64,000 bases of DNA, from contig CBDASK010000003.1 of the NCBI GenBank assembly GCA_965199495.1, positions 1,472,001 through 1,536,000 of the forward strand, read 5' to 3'. Made by a program: the position numbers and the translations under genes. How positions within the stretch are numbered: position 1 is the stretch's first letter; every line of letters starts with the position of its first letter. Source of the stretch: Abditibacterium sp. (GTDB lineage: Bacteria; Armatimonadota; Abditibacteriia; Abditibacteriales; Abditibacteriaceae). Below the pieces are notes generated by a model. It was not told the DNA's origin and made no database searches. It saw nothing but the letters and a program-made list of their open reading frames with translations. Of the stretch, positions 18,737-28,852 are shown piece by piece.

Positions 18737-20605
18737 ATGTGTGGAATTGTTGGATACACCGGAGCGCAACAGGCCGCTCCCATTTTGACGCAAGGGCTGA
18801 GCAAGCTCGAATATCGCGGCTACGATTCGGCGGGGATCGCCGTCGCGCAGAATAGCGGCGTTGACCAAATCGAAATGCGCCGCGCGCTGGGCAAACTCGA
18901 AAACCTCAAGTCGTCGCTACGCAGTTCGCCCCTGAACGGTCACGCGGGCATCGGCCACACGCGCTGGGCCACGCACGGCGTGCCGTCCGAAATCAACTCG
19001 CATCCGCACGCCGATAATTCGGGACAGGTTTATGTCGTTCACAACGGCATCATCGAAAATTATGCGGCTCTGCGCGCCGAACTCGAAAGCGAAGGCATCA
19101 CCTTTCATTCGCAAACCGATACCGAAGTTTTGCCCAACCTCATCAATCGCGAATACGCGAAAAACGGCGGCAATTTTCCCGGCGCCGTGCGCGACGCGTT
19201 GAAGACCGTGCGCGGCGCTTATGCGCTCGCGGTTTTGCATCGCGAGCATCCCGATACCTTAGTCGCGGTGCGCCAGACGGCGCCGTTGGTCGTGGGACGC
19301 AGCCACGGCGAGAACTTCGTGGCGTCCGATCCGCTCGCGATTTTGCAATGGACGCGCGAAATTCTGTTTTTGGATGACCGCCAAATGGCCGTCGTCACGC
19401 CCGATTCCATCGAAATTCGCGATTTGCAAAGCGGGAAAGTCGTGGACAAAGATTTCGAGACCATCGAGTGGAGCGCCGAAAGTTCGGAAAAAGGCAATTA
19501 TCCGCACTATATGCTCAAGGAAATCCATGAGCAACCCGAAGTCATTGGTCGGCTTTTGCACCATTACGCGCCCGACGGCAAGACGATTCAATTCGAGCAT
19601 CTCGGCCTGACCGCCGACGATTTGCGCGGCGTGCGCCGCATTTTCATTCAAGCGTGCGGCACGTCTTGGCACGCGGGCTTGATTGGCAAATTATTGATCG
19701 AGCGTTTGGGCCTGATTTCGGTGGATGTGGATACCAGTTCGGAGTTTCGCTATCGCAACGTGGCGGCTCACACGCAGGGCGCGATTTTAGGCGAAGACAC
19801 GCTGGTTTTGGCGATTTCGCAATCGGGCGAAACCGCCGACACTTTGGCGGGCGTGCAAGAGGCGCGCGAGCGCGGCCTGAAAGTCATTTCCATCGTCAAT
19901 ATGCCCGCGAGTTCGATTGTGCGCGCGAGCGATGGCGTGATTTACACGCAGGCCGGGCCGGAAATTTCGGTCGCCTCGACCAAAGCCTACATCGGACAAA
20001 TCGGCGCGCTGTATTTATTTTCGCTTTATCTGGGCCAAATTCTCGGTCAAGTGGACGAAGCGCGGATGGAACGTCGTCTGAGCAAATTGGCCGAACTGCC
20101 GCAGTTGATGCGCCAAATTTTGGCCGACACGTCGGAGATAGAGCGCGTCGCCAACCGGTTTTGGGCGTGCCAACACGCGCTGTTTATCGGTCGCAATTTC
20201 GGCACGCCGTCGGCATTGGAAGGCGCGCTGAAGTTGAAAGAAATTTCCTACATCCACGCCGAAGGCTATTCGGCGGGCGAACTCAAGCACGGGCCTTTGG
20301 CGCTCATTGACGAATTGATGCCGGTTTTTGCTATCGCGACGCAGGGCGTGACTTACGAGAAAATTCTGAGCAACATGCAGGAAGTCCGCGCGCGCAAAGG
20401 CAAGTTGGTCGCGATTGCCGGGCAACTCGACCAAGAAATCGAAACGCAAGCCGACTACGTGTTGCGCGTGCCGGAACTGACGGAAAGTTTCACGCCGTTC
20501 GTCGTGGCGTTACCGCTACAATTGTTGGCTTATCACATCGCGGTTACGCGCGGCTACGATGTCGATCAGCCGCGCAATCTGGCCAAGAGCGTGACGGTAG
20601 AATAA
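18737..20605 (+). CDS. glmS: Glutamine-fructose-6-phosphate aminotransferase
   Basis: MCGIVG, GHTRWATHG, SQSGET, PRNLAKSVTVE. Confidence 0.98.
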   Translation: MCGIVGYTGAQQAAPILTQGLSKLEYRGYDSAGIAVAQNSGVDQIEMRRALGKLENLKSSLRSSPLNGHAGIGHTRWATHGVPSEINSHPHADNSGQVYVVHNGIIENYAALRAELESEGITFHSQTDTEVLPNLINREYAKNGGNFPGAVRDALKTVRGAYALAVLHREHPDTLVAVRQTAPLVVGRSHGENFVASDPLAILQWTREILFLDDRQMAVVTPDSIEIRDLQSGKVVDKDFETIEWSAESSEKGNYPHYMLKEIHEQPEVIGRLLHHYAPDGKTIQFEHLGLTADDLRGVRRIFIQACGTSWHAGLIGKLLIERLGLISVDVDTSSEFRYRNVAAHTQGAILGEDTLVLAISQSGETADTLAGVQEARERGLKVISIVNMPASSIVRASDGVIYTQAGPEISVASTKAYIGQIGALYLFSLYLGQILGQVDEARMERRLSKLAELPQLMRQILADTSEIERVANRFWACQHALFIGRNFGTPSALEGALKLKEISYIHAEGYSAGELKHGPLALIDELMPVFAIATQGVTYEKILSNMQEVRARKGKLVAIAGQLDQEIETQADYVLRVPELTESFTPFVVALPLQLLAYHIAVTRGYDVDQPRNLAKSVTVE

Positions 20606-20620
20606 ATTTCGGCGAGATAA

Positions 20621-20659
20621 AACGAACCCCGGCGCAAGTAATTTGCGCCGGGGTTCGTT
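20621..20659 (+). terminator. Hairpin terminator
   Basis: AACGAACCCCGGCGCAA-gtaat-TTGCGCCGGGGTTCGTT. Confidence 0.7.
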
Positions 20660-20714
20660 CATTGACATATCCGCTTAAATTCGCCGTCTCACGCTCGACA
20701 ATTACACTGTCCGC

Positions 20715-22214
20715 ATGGTTAATTTCCCCACGCGCGCCGTTTCGCTCGCGCTGTTCACAACTTTAATCGGCGCCGTGTCCGCGCAATCGCAACCGAATTT
20801 ACCGTCCATCGCGCACCTGAGAAACGATGGCGCGCCGCAAATTCATAGCGCACGCGTGGTAGGAGCCACGCCGGGCGCGCCGTTTCTGTTTGGGGTTGCG
20901 GCGACGGGCGACGAACCGTTGCTTTATCAAACGCAAGATTTGCCGCCCGGCCTGATTTTGGACGCCAAAACCGGCGTGATTCGCGGCACGTTGCTCTACG
21001 CGGGCGCGACGACAGTGCGACTGCGCGTCAGCAACGCGTTGGGCGAAACGACGCGAAATTTGACGATTATTGGCGGGCGACATCTGCTGGCGCAGACGCC
21101 GCCGATGGGCTGGAACTCGTGGAACGCTTACGGTTGCGGCGTGACCGGCGCGCGCGTGCGCGCCGCCGCCGATGATTTGGTCAAGTCGGGATTGGCCCGG
21201 CGTGGCTACGGGTTCGTGACGGTTGACGATTGCTGGCAAGGCGCGCGCGGCTCTGACGGAGTTTTGCGCGCGAATAATAAGTTCGGCGACATGAAAGAGT
21301 TGGGCGACGATATTCACGCGCGCGGTTTGAAGTTTGGGATTTACTCGGCGCCTTCGGCTTTGACCTGCGCCGGATTTACTGGCAGTTTCGGCCACGAAAT
21401 TGGGGACGCCCAAACCTTTGCCAATTGGGGCGTGGATTATCTTAAATACGATTATTGTTCGTATGACAAAGTCAAGCGCACGCCGGGGCGCGCGGGCATT
21501 ATCGAACCGTTCGCACTGATGCGGCGCGCACTCGATGCTTCGGGGCGCGACATCGTTTATAGCATCAGCCACTACGGGCGCGACGAAGATTGGACATGGG
21601 CTGGATTCGCGCCGGTGCAGGCGAATTTGTGGCGCACTTCGCGCGATCTCAAGGGAAATTACAATTCGATGGCGCGCATCGGTTTCGGACAAAACGGCTT
21701 ATATAATTACGCCGCGTCGGGCCGATGGAACGATCCCGATATGCTCTATTTGCACAAATTAAAACCGCAGGAACAACTGACGCAAATGACGCTGTGGAGT
21801 TTGTTGGCCGCTCCGTTATTTATCGGCAGCGATATTAGTCAACTCTCGCCGTTCACGCTCGATGTTTTGGGCAATTCGGAAGTTATCGAAGTGGATCAAG
21901 ACCCACTGGGCATCGGCGCGCGGCGCGTGAGCAAAGTCGGCGAAACCGAAGTTTGGGCGCGTCCGTTGTGGGACGGAACGGTCGCTGTTGGCCTGTTTAA
22001 TCGCGGAAAAAACGCGACGAAAGTTGAGGTTAATTGGAACGAAATCGGTTTGAGCGGGCAACAACCGGTGCGCGATTTGTGGCGACAACGTGATCTGGGC
22101 GCGGTGGAGAATTACGCGACGCAAGTGCCATCGCATGGCGCGATATTGGTGAAAGTTGGGACGCCCAATGCGGGCGATTATGTGCCGAATTGGATGGAAT
22201 CACCGGACAATTAA
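20715..22214 (+). CDS. Secreted alpha-galactosidase (GH27) with Ig-like He_PIG domain
   Basis: TPPMGWNSWN, VDDCWQ, WGVDYLKYDYC, WNDPDML. Confidence 0.92.
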   Translation: MVNFPTRAVSLALFTTLIGAVSAQSQPNLPSIAHLRNDGAPQIHSARVVGATPGAPFLFGVAATGDEPLLYQTQDLPPGLILDAKTGVIRGTLLYAGATTVRLRVSNALGETTRNLTIIGGRHLLAQTPPMGWNSWNAYGCGVTGARVRAAADDLVKSGLARRGYGFVTVDDCWQGARGSDGVLRANNKFGDMKELGDDIHARGLKFGIYSAPSALTCAGFTGSFGHEIGDAQTFANWGVDYLKYDYCSYDKVKRTPGRAGIIEPFALMRRALDASGRDIVYSISHYGRDEDWTWAGFAPVQANLWRTSRDLKGNYNSMARIGFGQNGLYNYAASGRWNDPDMLYLHKLKPQEQLTQMTLWSLLAAPLFIGSDISQLSPFTLDVLGNSEVIEVDQDPLGIGARRVSKVGETEVWARPLWDGTVAVGLFNRGKNATKVEVNWNEIGLSGQQPVRDLWRQRDLGAVENYATQVPSHGAILVKVGTPNAGDYVPNWMESPDN

Positions 22215-22267
22215 AATTTTCTGAAATGTCCACTGGCGGATCAGAAAGCAGTGACATTCAGAAACTC

Positions 22268-22316
22268 AAAACATAAAAAAGCATCGTCCCAAACGGACGA
22301 TGCTTTTTTATGTTTT
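22268..22316. terminator. Bidirectional intrinsic terminator
   Basis: AAAACATAAAAAAGCATCGTCC-caaac-GGACGATGCTTTTTTATGTTTT. Confidence 0.88.
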
Positions 22317-22325
22317 CCACAAAAC

Positions 22326-22958
22326 TCAAGTTCCGATGCGTCCGCCCGGTTTTTTGTTGAGCACGACGAAACCGATGGCGGCCAAAATCGCGCCCACTAA
22401 AATACCGGGAACTAATCCGTGTAGTAGCAGATAACCGACGATAAAGCCCAACACGAAACCGCCGATGCCGCCGAAAATTGGCATCATGCCGTTGCCAGCG
22501 GGCGCCGACGGGCGCGGCGTCGAAGCAGCCACCGGCGGCGCGGGCGCCTTGATAACGCGCGGACGCGCAGGCACCTCTTGCTTGTCCTGCACGCCGAGCA
22601 GACTGGTTTTGTCGGCATCCGATTCGGCGGTGCCCAACAAATCGTTCATGAAAGTCTCGAAATCTACATCGGCGGTGCCCTGACGCGCCGCCGCCAAATA
22701 GGCGTCGTAGCGCGCGCGTTTGGGGTCTTCCAGCAGAGCAATGCGGGCGGCGGGCAACAGTTCCAACAAAGCCTGAAATTCGCGACGTTTGTTCAAGTTG
22801 CGATGATCGCGATTGGCCGAAGCGTAATTATAAAGCGCGCCGATTTTCGAGCGCAACGCTTCGGCATCGGCGTCGGGCGATTCTTCCAGCAACGTATAAA
22901 AATCTATGGTGCCGTTTTCCAATTGCGAGTCAGCCAGGTGATAGGTGATGTCTGCCAT
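22326..22958 (-). CDS. Membrane-anchored J-domain-like protein lacking HPD
   Basis: DFYTLL..DPKRARYD matches both ends of a J domain; C-terminal double TM. Confidence 0.65.
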   Translation of the reverse strand: MADITYHLADSQLENGTIDFYTLLEESPDADAEALRSKIGALYNYASANRDHRNLNKRREFQALLELLPAARIALLEDPKRARYDAYLAAARQGTADVDFETFMNDLLGTAESDADKTSLLGVQDKQEVPARPRVIKAPAPPVAASTPRPSAPAGNGMMPIFGGIGGFVLGFIVGYLLLHGLVPGILVGAILAAIGFVVLNKKPGGRIGT

Positions 22959-22998
22959 GTTAATTTGGGTTGGGTAAATTACTTTACAACAAAGCGCC

Positions 22999-24534
22999 TC
23001 AAGAAATAATCGCCTGCGACAGCAACAACGCTTCTTCTTCGACTTCGGAATCTTCGCGCTCGCCGGTCAGCGAAATCAAGACGCGGCTTTCGCGTCCCGT
23101 ATCCGAATCGCGCGCGACCGCGATGATGCGCCCGTTTTCGTCGCAGCGAAACTCAACCGCGATGTTGGGCCGTCCCGCCGGACGCGCGGGCGTCGTATCC
23201 AGGTTAAACACGCCGATTGGCCCGTTGGGATAGGCTTCGGGATCGCGCGATTCGCCCTCGTAAATGCGCACCTGCACGCGTTCTTGGCCATCGAGCGTCG
23301 TCGTGTAGCCGCCGCGCGTCTGCGAACACGGCAAAGGCGAAAGCGCCGGAATAATATGATCAATTTGCGTGTGCCCGCCCTTGACAGTCGCCACACCCAA
23401 GCTGTGCGCCAAAACGTGGCCGACGTTGACTTCTTCGACGGTTTCGTCTTTGGTCAACAACGCCGCTTGCAGCGCGGCGCCTTTGGCGACGCATTCGTCG
23501 GGATCGTGCAACAGCGGGCGGCGGCCCGACAGGCGCGTCAACATTTCGCGCACCATCGGCATACGGCTCGAACCGCCCACGCACAGCGTTTCGGAAATAT
23601 CGTCCCAACCCAAACCCGACTGTTGCATCACGTTTTCCAGCAACAATTCGGTGCGCGACAGCAAATCCGCGCACATCTCCTCGAACTTTTCGCGCGTCAA
23701 TTCGACGCGAACCGGGATATAGGTTTCCATCGTGCCACCGCCGGTGGCTACGCTGCGCTTGGCCTTGAAGGTAATCGGCACCGCTGGGCGTCCGGTCAAC
23801 TGGCGTTTGGCGGCTTCGGCTTTGAGGCGCAGTTCCGCTTCGAGCGATGGGTCGGGTTCGAGTTCGTAGCCGAACTTCTGTTGCAACTCGTCCTCGATGA
23901 AGTTCATGATGCGGTCATCCCAATCTTTGCCGCCCAGATGAGGGTCGCCGCCCACGCCCAACACGTTCAAATTATCGTTGTCAATCGCCAAAATCGTCAC
24001 GTCGAAAGTGCCGCCGCCCAAATCGTAAACCATGATATTGCGGGGCCGACCGCGCCGCGAAATGCCATAACTCAAGGCCGCCGCCGTCGGTTCGTTGATG
24101 ATGCGCAATACATTTAAACCGGCCAGAGCGCCCGCTTCGTAGGTCGCGTGGCGCTGCGATTCGGTGAAGTAAGCCGGAACCGTGATGACGGCTTGGGTGA
24201 TGGTTTCGCCCAGCGTGTCTTCGGCCTCCTGAACGACTTTGCGCAGGATGACCGACGAAATGAATTCGGGTGAAAACGCTTGTCCGTCCACCATGACGCG
24301 GTAATCAGCCACGCCCATGAAGCGTTTGACGAACTGCACCACGCGCGATGGATCGGTCATCGTTGATTGCAACGCGACTTCGCCCACCACGTAATTGGGC
24401 GGGTCAACGAAGACGACCGAGGGCGTCGTCGTCTGTCCATCCGAGTTTTTGATCACCATTGGCTTGCCGTATTCGTCAACGCAAGCCACTGCGGTGTATG
24501 TCGTTCCGAGGTCAATTCCTATTGCGCGAGACAA
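22999..24534 (-). CDS. Atypical Hsp70/DnaK-family protein without C-terminal lid
   Basis: GIDLGTT, TVPAYF, INEPTAAA, DLGGGTFD, VGGSSRMP; only 511 aa. Confidence 0.92.
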   Translation of the reverse strand: MSRAIGIDLGTTYTAVACVDEYGKPMVIKNSDGQTTTPSVVFVDPPNYVVGEVALQSTMTDPSRVVQFVKRFMGVADYRVMVDGQAFSPEFISSVILRKVVQEAEDTLGETITQAVITVPAYFTESQRHATYEAGALAGLNVLRIINEPTAAALSYGISRRGRPRNIMVYDLGGGTFDVTILAIDNDNLNVLGVGGDPHLGGKDWDDRIMNFIEDELQQKFGYELEPDPSLEAELRLKAEAAKRQLTGRPAVPITFKAKRSVATGGGTMETYIPVRVELTREKFEEMCADLLSRTELLLENVMQQSGLGWDDISETLCVGGSSRMPMVREMLTRLSGRRPLLHDPDECVAKGAALQAALLTKDETVEEVNVGHVLAHSLGVATVKGGHTQIDHIIPALSPLPCSQTRGGYTTTLDGQERVQVRIYEGESRDPEAYPNGPIGVFNLDTTPARPAGRPNIAVEFRCDENGRIIAVARDSDTGRESRVLISLTGEREDSEVEEEALLLSQAIIS

Positions 24535-24685
24535 GGTCTGCTCCTGTTAATTGGGGACGCGAGGCGTCTGCGCCTCGCGTTCTGATTGGGTCAAAAGGCT
24601 CATTTTCCATCGAAATGAAGCCAGAAGAGTTAGCTTTACGGTTACTTGAAAAGAATCGGCCAAATCAGCCGATTTTCAAGAAAAA

Positions 24686-25519
24686 TTATTTGGTTTTCCC
24701 GTTATCGCCGGGCGACGTTTTGGTGGGCGCGCGGAATTTGCCGACTACAACTTCGGCGGGCCGCAGCAACTGTCCGTTAAGAAACCAGCCGCTACGCACC
24801 ACACGCACAATCGTGCCGTCTTTTTCGCGGTCAACTGGCATCACGTCAACGGCTTTGTGGAACTTGGAGTTGAACGCGCCGCGCGGCGCTTCCATGATGG
24901 TGACTTCGCACACTTGCAGCGCCTCGACCAACTGATCGCGGAAATATTCGACGTTCTCGCGCACCACAAACGCCGCCAAGGTGCCCGGCGTGGCTGTTGG
25001 ATTGGGCGCGGCATCTTGGGTCATCGCGACTTCGGTATCGAACTGCTCGATGGAATCGAACAGAAACAATAGCGGGCGCACAACCGGCTTGAGATGCTCG
25101 TAGAGAAAATCATTTTTGTAATCCGACAACTCGGAGTGCAGCGTGTCGAAAACGCGTTCTAAAGAACTTTCGCGCTCGTTGACCTGCGTGACCTGCTGCG
25201 CCAAACGCTCGATTTCGTCGCGCAACCCAGACAGTTCCGCCGCCACAACGCTCGACCGCGCGGGCGCGCCCGGTTGCCCGACTTGAGCGGGCGCGTCCGT
25301 GTGTGCCGCATCTGCGGGCTGAACTTGCGCTTGCATTGCAATTGCTTCGTCACGCGCCTCTGGGCCGGAGTTATCGGCGCTATCGGCGCTGTGAGTAAAG
25401 AATTTGGGCAAGCGAAAAACCGACGCGGAACCGCTACCCGCGTTGGGAATTTCGGTCGCTTCAGTTTCGCGCCCTTTGCCCTTTTGCGGGGCAACCGGTG
25501 TCTTATTAGAATCAGCCAT
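24686..25519 (-). CDS. grpE: GrpE-like nucleotide exchange factor
   Basis: Coiled coil; FNSKFHKAV..VVRSGWFLNGQLLRPAEVVV. Confidence 0.85.
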   Translation of the reverse strand: MADSNKTPVAPQKGKGRETEATEIPNAGSGSASVFRLPKFFTHSADSADNSGPEARDEAIAMQAQVQPADAAHTDAPAQVGQPGAPARSSVVAAELSGLRDEIERLAQQVTQVNERESSLERVFDTLHSELSDYKNDFLYEHLKPVVRPLLFLFDSIEQFDTEVAMTQDAAPNPTATPGTLAAFVVRENVEYFRDQLVEALQVCEVTIMEAPRGAFNSKFHKAVDVMPVDREKDGTIVRVVRSGWFLNGQLLRPAEVVVGKFRAPTKTSPGDNGKTK

Positions 25520-25671
25520 AACAAGTTAAAAATTGAAATCTGCCGCCGAACATCAAAAGCCGCAGCAAGAAACTACGACTTACTTATCAGCAACATTCTT
25601 TCCTTGTGAACTTTACGGCTTAAGTTTGCATCAATTGAAGCGCCATCATGAAAATCGCGCGTGCAAACGCC

Positions 25672-26514
25672 TTATTTTCGAGGGCGCGCGCTTTCCAATT
25701 CGCGAATTTTGCAATAAATCTGCGTGAAATAGTTCATTTTAAGCAACGCGAAAGTCAATCCTCGCACGCCGTCGAAAATACCGCCCATCGCGAAATAGGC
25801 GCCGATAAAATAAATTAAGCCCGAAAGTGGCGATTCCAAAATGCGATACTTAACTTTCTGTTTGGCCGTCATTTTTGCCGCGAAATTCGGATCGTTTTTC
25901 GATTGAATATAACGGTGCGCTTCCCACGACGAATATTCGTTGTGCTTGGTGACGTAGTAGGAAACACCGCGAAAATCGCGATGATCAATGCGTGATTTAA
26001 TCGCGCCGACTTCGCCATCCAAAATCGGATGCTCGTGAATTTCCATGTCGAGCGCGCTCCAACGTTGCTCGTCAATGCGCTCGTATTCGCCCGCGCCAAC
26101 GCGGAAAAGTGCAAGCTTATCTAACGGATAACCATGGCGCAGTCGTTTGCCCAAAAAATAAATCGAGTAAGCCAACCAGTAACCGGCTTTGTCGGAATTG
26201 GACAAAACGTGACGCACTTCGGTTTTCCATTGCGCAGTTAAAAATTCGTCGGCGTCGAGAAATAAAACCCATTTCGTCTGCGGCGTATGATTGCGCAAAT
26301 ACCAGTTGCGCTTTTTGGGAAATTGCCCGTTCCACCTAAAATCAATGATTTGCGCGCCATGCGCACGCGCGATTTCGGCGGTTTGATCTTCGCTGCTTGA
26401 ATCCACAATAACGATATGTTTGGCGAAATCCCGCCCGATGGCTTGGAGACACGCAGCCAAATTGCGTTCTTCGTTTTTGGCTGGGATCACGATAGTTAAA
26501 TCGATTGGCTGCAT
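25672..26514 (-). CDS. Glycosyltransferase family 2
   Basis: IVIPAKNEE, VDSSSED, LFLDADE. Confidence 0.9.
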   Translation of the reverse strand: MQPIDLTIVIPAKNEERNLAACLQAIGRDFAKHIVIVDSSSEDQTAEIARAHGAQIIDFRWNGQFPKKRNWYLRNHTPQTKWVLFLDADEFLTAQWKTEVRHVLSNSDKAGYWLAYSIYFLGKRLRHGYPLDKLALFRVGAGEYERIDEQRWSALDMEIHEHPILDGEVGAIKSRIDHRDFRGVSYYVTKHNEYSSWEAHRYIQSKNDPNFAAKMTAKQKVKYRILESPLSGLIYFIGAYFAMGGIFDGVRGLTFALLKMNYFTQIYCKIRELESARPRK

Positions 26515-26583
26515 AAATAGAAGAAAAAGCGCGCCAGAATTTCGATTTCTGACGCGCTTTTAAGTATAGTTGTTAGTTGAGAT

Positions 26584-27402
26584 TTACGGCTTACCGGTGC
26601 CGTTAAACAGTTCGTTGCTCGTCAAATCGGCGTCTTGGTCAATATCGCCCAGATGATTGGCGCGCAGAGTTGCGGCGGGCGTTTTGAGATAGCCAACTTT
26701 ACCGATACGATAAATAGGGCGCATTAACTGAACGTGGCCGTCGCAAAATAAGACGTTGCCTTTGTCTTCATGGCGTGCGTGAAAATTGGGATAATCGCTC
26801 GAAGGCTTCGATAGATAAGTCGAAGGCCGCAATCGCCCGTTCCTGTTGAGTTGCGCCGCGTCGGCAAACGCGACGGTGCGCGCCGCGTTTTGAATCGAAC
26901 TCAATTTCACCGGACGCGGCGTTGGCGCGAACGCGGGCGCTGGCCCATAACGCGTCGGCGAAAGCGTGCCCGCATTGTAGCCGTAGGAGGCGAGGCCCAA
27001 CTCGCCGCCCTTTACAGTTGCAAAAGCGGGACAACTGTAAGATTTGCCGCTCGTCAAATAAGGTCGCAGCAAACTTTGCGAGGCGTCGTATTTATCGGCT
27101 TCTTGACTGCCCCACCAATAACGAGTCGAAGTGACGGACAACGAAGCGGCGCCCGTTGGAGCGACGCACAAATCGCAGGGTGCGTCTTGCGAAAAGCGCA
27201 TTAGCGTGTTGTCGGAGTCGCGCGCGTATTGCAGCCACGCCAACCCGATCTCGTGCAGATTCGATTGACAGTTGGTGCGACTGGCGTTTTGCCGCGCGCG
27301 TAAAAATGGGGGAAACGTGATCGCCGATAAAACGGAGAATGCGGCGAACACGAAAATGAGTTCGGAGGGCGCGAACGCCGCGTGGGGGTTGCGAGATTTC
27401 AT
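26584..27402 (-). CDS. DUF1559/H-X9-DG prepilin-like protein with degenerate N-terminal motif
   Basis: [38 protein letters not shown]. Confidence 0.85.
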   Translation of the reverse strand: MKSRNPHAAFAPSELIFVFAAFSVLSAITFPPFLRARQNASRTNCQSNLHEIGLAWLQYARDSDNTLMRFSQDAPCDLCVAPTGAASLSVTSTRYWWGSQEADKYDASQSLLRPYLTSGKSYSCPAFATVKGGELGLASYGYNAGTLSPTRYGPAPAFAPTPRPVKLSSIQNAARTVAFADAAQLNRNGRLRPSTYLSKPSSDYPNFHARHEDKGNVLFCDGHVQLMRPIYRIGKVGYLKTPAATLRANHLGDIDQDADLTSNELFNGTGKP

Positions 27403-27459
27403 GGGAAAATAAAGCGCGCCGAAACCTTGGATTGCGGCGCGCTTGCGATTGACCGCGAT

Positions 27460-28278
27460 TTATGGCGTTCCTGTGCCGTTGAAAAGTTCGTTGGTGGCGA
27501 GGTTGCCATCTTCGTCAATGTTGCCGATAAAATTAGCGCGCAAAGCCTGAACGCGCGCGTTGTTGCCAGCGGGAAAAACCGCGCGCATGGCTTTGACGTG
27601 GCCGTCGCAAAACAAAACGTTGCCGGTTTCGAGATGGCGCGCGTGAAAGTTGGGATATTGGCCCGCCGAAGAGGGCGACGAAATATAGGTCGAGCGAATG
27701 ACGTTGAGCGCGGACGTGAAATCCAACTGGGCGCCATCGGCGAAACAAACGGTTTTGGCGCTGTCTTGGATGGCCGCCAAGCTGATGCCCGGAATGCCTG
27801 CGCCATAGGTCGGCGCCAAAGTGCCCGCGTTATAGGCGTAGCCGGTTGTGCCTTCGTAGGGATTGTTGGGAATCGCCGTAAACGATGGACAATTACGCAC
27901 TTGGTCGCTTTTCATATAGGGCTGAATCAATCCACCGCGATAATCGAAATTGGCGCCATCCCACGCGCCCCACCAATAAACCGCCGGATTGGTGGGCGTG
28001 GCCGAACTGGAACCGGCGCCCCGGTTGAAAGCCATCATTTTTTCGTCGTAGTCTTGCGCGTATTGCAGCCAGCCCAAACCGATTTGTTTGAGATTCGACT
28101 GACAAGAGGTGCGGCGCGCATTTTCCCTCGCGCGGGCGAAAACCGGGAAAAGTATCGCCGCCAAAATGGCGATTATCGCGATGACGACGAGCAATTCTAT
28201 CAGCGTAAATGCGGATTTTCCGTTCGAGTACGGTGCGGATGCCGTCGTGAGAGGCGGCGAGAAACGTGTTGTTTTCAT
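27460..28278 (-). CDS. Prepilin-type N-terminal cleavage/methylation + DUF1559 + H-X9-DG protein
   Basis: [52 protein letters not shown]; start ATG 28278. Confidence 0.92.
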   Translation of the reverse strand: MKTTRFSPPLTTASAPYSNGKSAFTLIELLVVIAIIAILAAILFPVFARARENARRTSCQSNLKQIGLGWLQYAQDYDEKMMAFNRGAGSSSATPTNPAVYWWGAWDGANFDYRGGLIQPYMKSDQVRNCPSFTAIPNNPYEGTTGYAYNAGTLAPTYGAGIPGISLAAIQDSAKTVCFADGAQLDFTSALNVIRSTYISSPSSAGQYPNFHARHLETGNVLFCDGHVKAMRAVFPAGNNARVQALRANFIGNIDEDGNLATNELFNGTGTP

Positions 28279-28464
28279 GGTGTTTTTGGCGCTCCCGACG
28301 AGCGCGAAAAACCAAAAAACCCGACTTCGAGAAAACGAAATCGGGGTGAGAACAAACGTAGTCGCGCGCAGCAGCCACGCCCACGGATGAAACCAATGGG
28401 GCGAGCGGAAACTCGGCGAAAACGGATGCTTCACCCCATTCCCTCGAAGGCGTGTTGCGCGCGC

Positions 28465-28644
28465 AGCCGGTTGTCTCCTGACTCATCGTTTCATCCTTCG
28501 CCCGTCTTCCCAGAAATTCAGAATTTCCAGTGACGTAATTTGGGCGTCGTCGGCGACTACAGTGGCGGGGCCGTCCATATGGGAAAGTCGAAATGCGTTC
28601 GGCTTTCCCTCCGTGTTCCGAAACCTTGCGGTTTCATTCCGGCT
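28465..28644 (-). ncRNA. Cobalamin (B12) riboswitch
   Basis: Minus strand reads AGCCGG..GGGAA..GCCCCGCCACTGTA..GTCACTG..GGGAAGAC..GAGTCAGGAGAC..CCGGCT, i.e. B12-element core motifs with a closing P1 helix. Confidence 0.88.
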
Positions 28645-28852
28645 GTGCGTTGGGTTATTCGGTTGTTCATTGAGCTTAACCGATGAAACGAGTGCGAGAT
28701 AAGGCGCGTTTCGCGAATGACTGTGGCTTGAGTTAGCCAAGCGCACGCAACAGCATTAATTCAACTCAAGCGCGCGAAAAATTCACTTTCGGGGGCTTTC
28801 TCCGATTGACAACGAGCGCGAAATCGCTCCTACTTAGAAGTTGGAATTTTCT

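Noticed and set aside
27382..28533. 383-aa plus-strand ORF and the extended 28434 start of the prepilin gene
   Set aside because: The first is antisense to the prepilin gene. The extension runs through the riboswitch leader, and ATG 28278 fits the pilin leader.
28806..28835. TTGACA upstream of the S55 gene as a sigma70 promoter
   Set aside because: No convincing -10 hexamer at 16-18 bp spacing.
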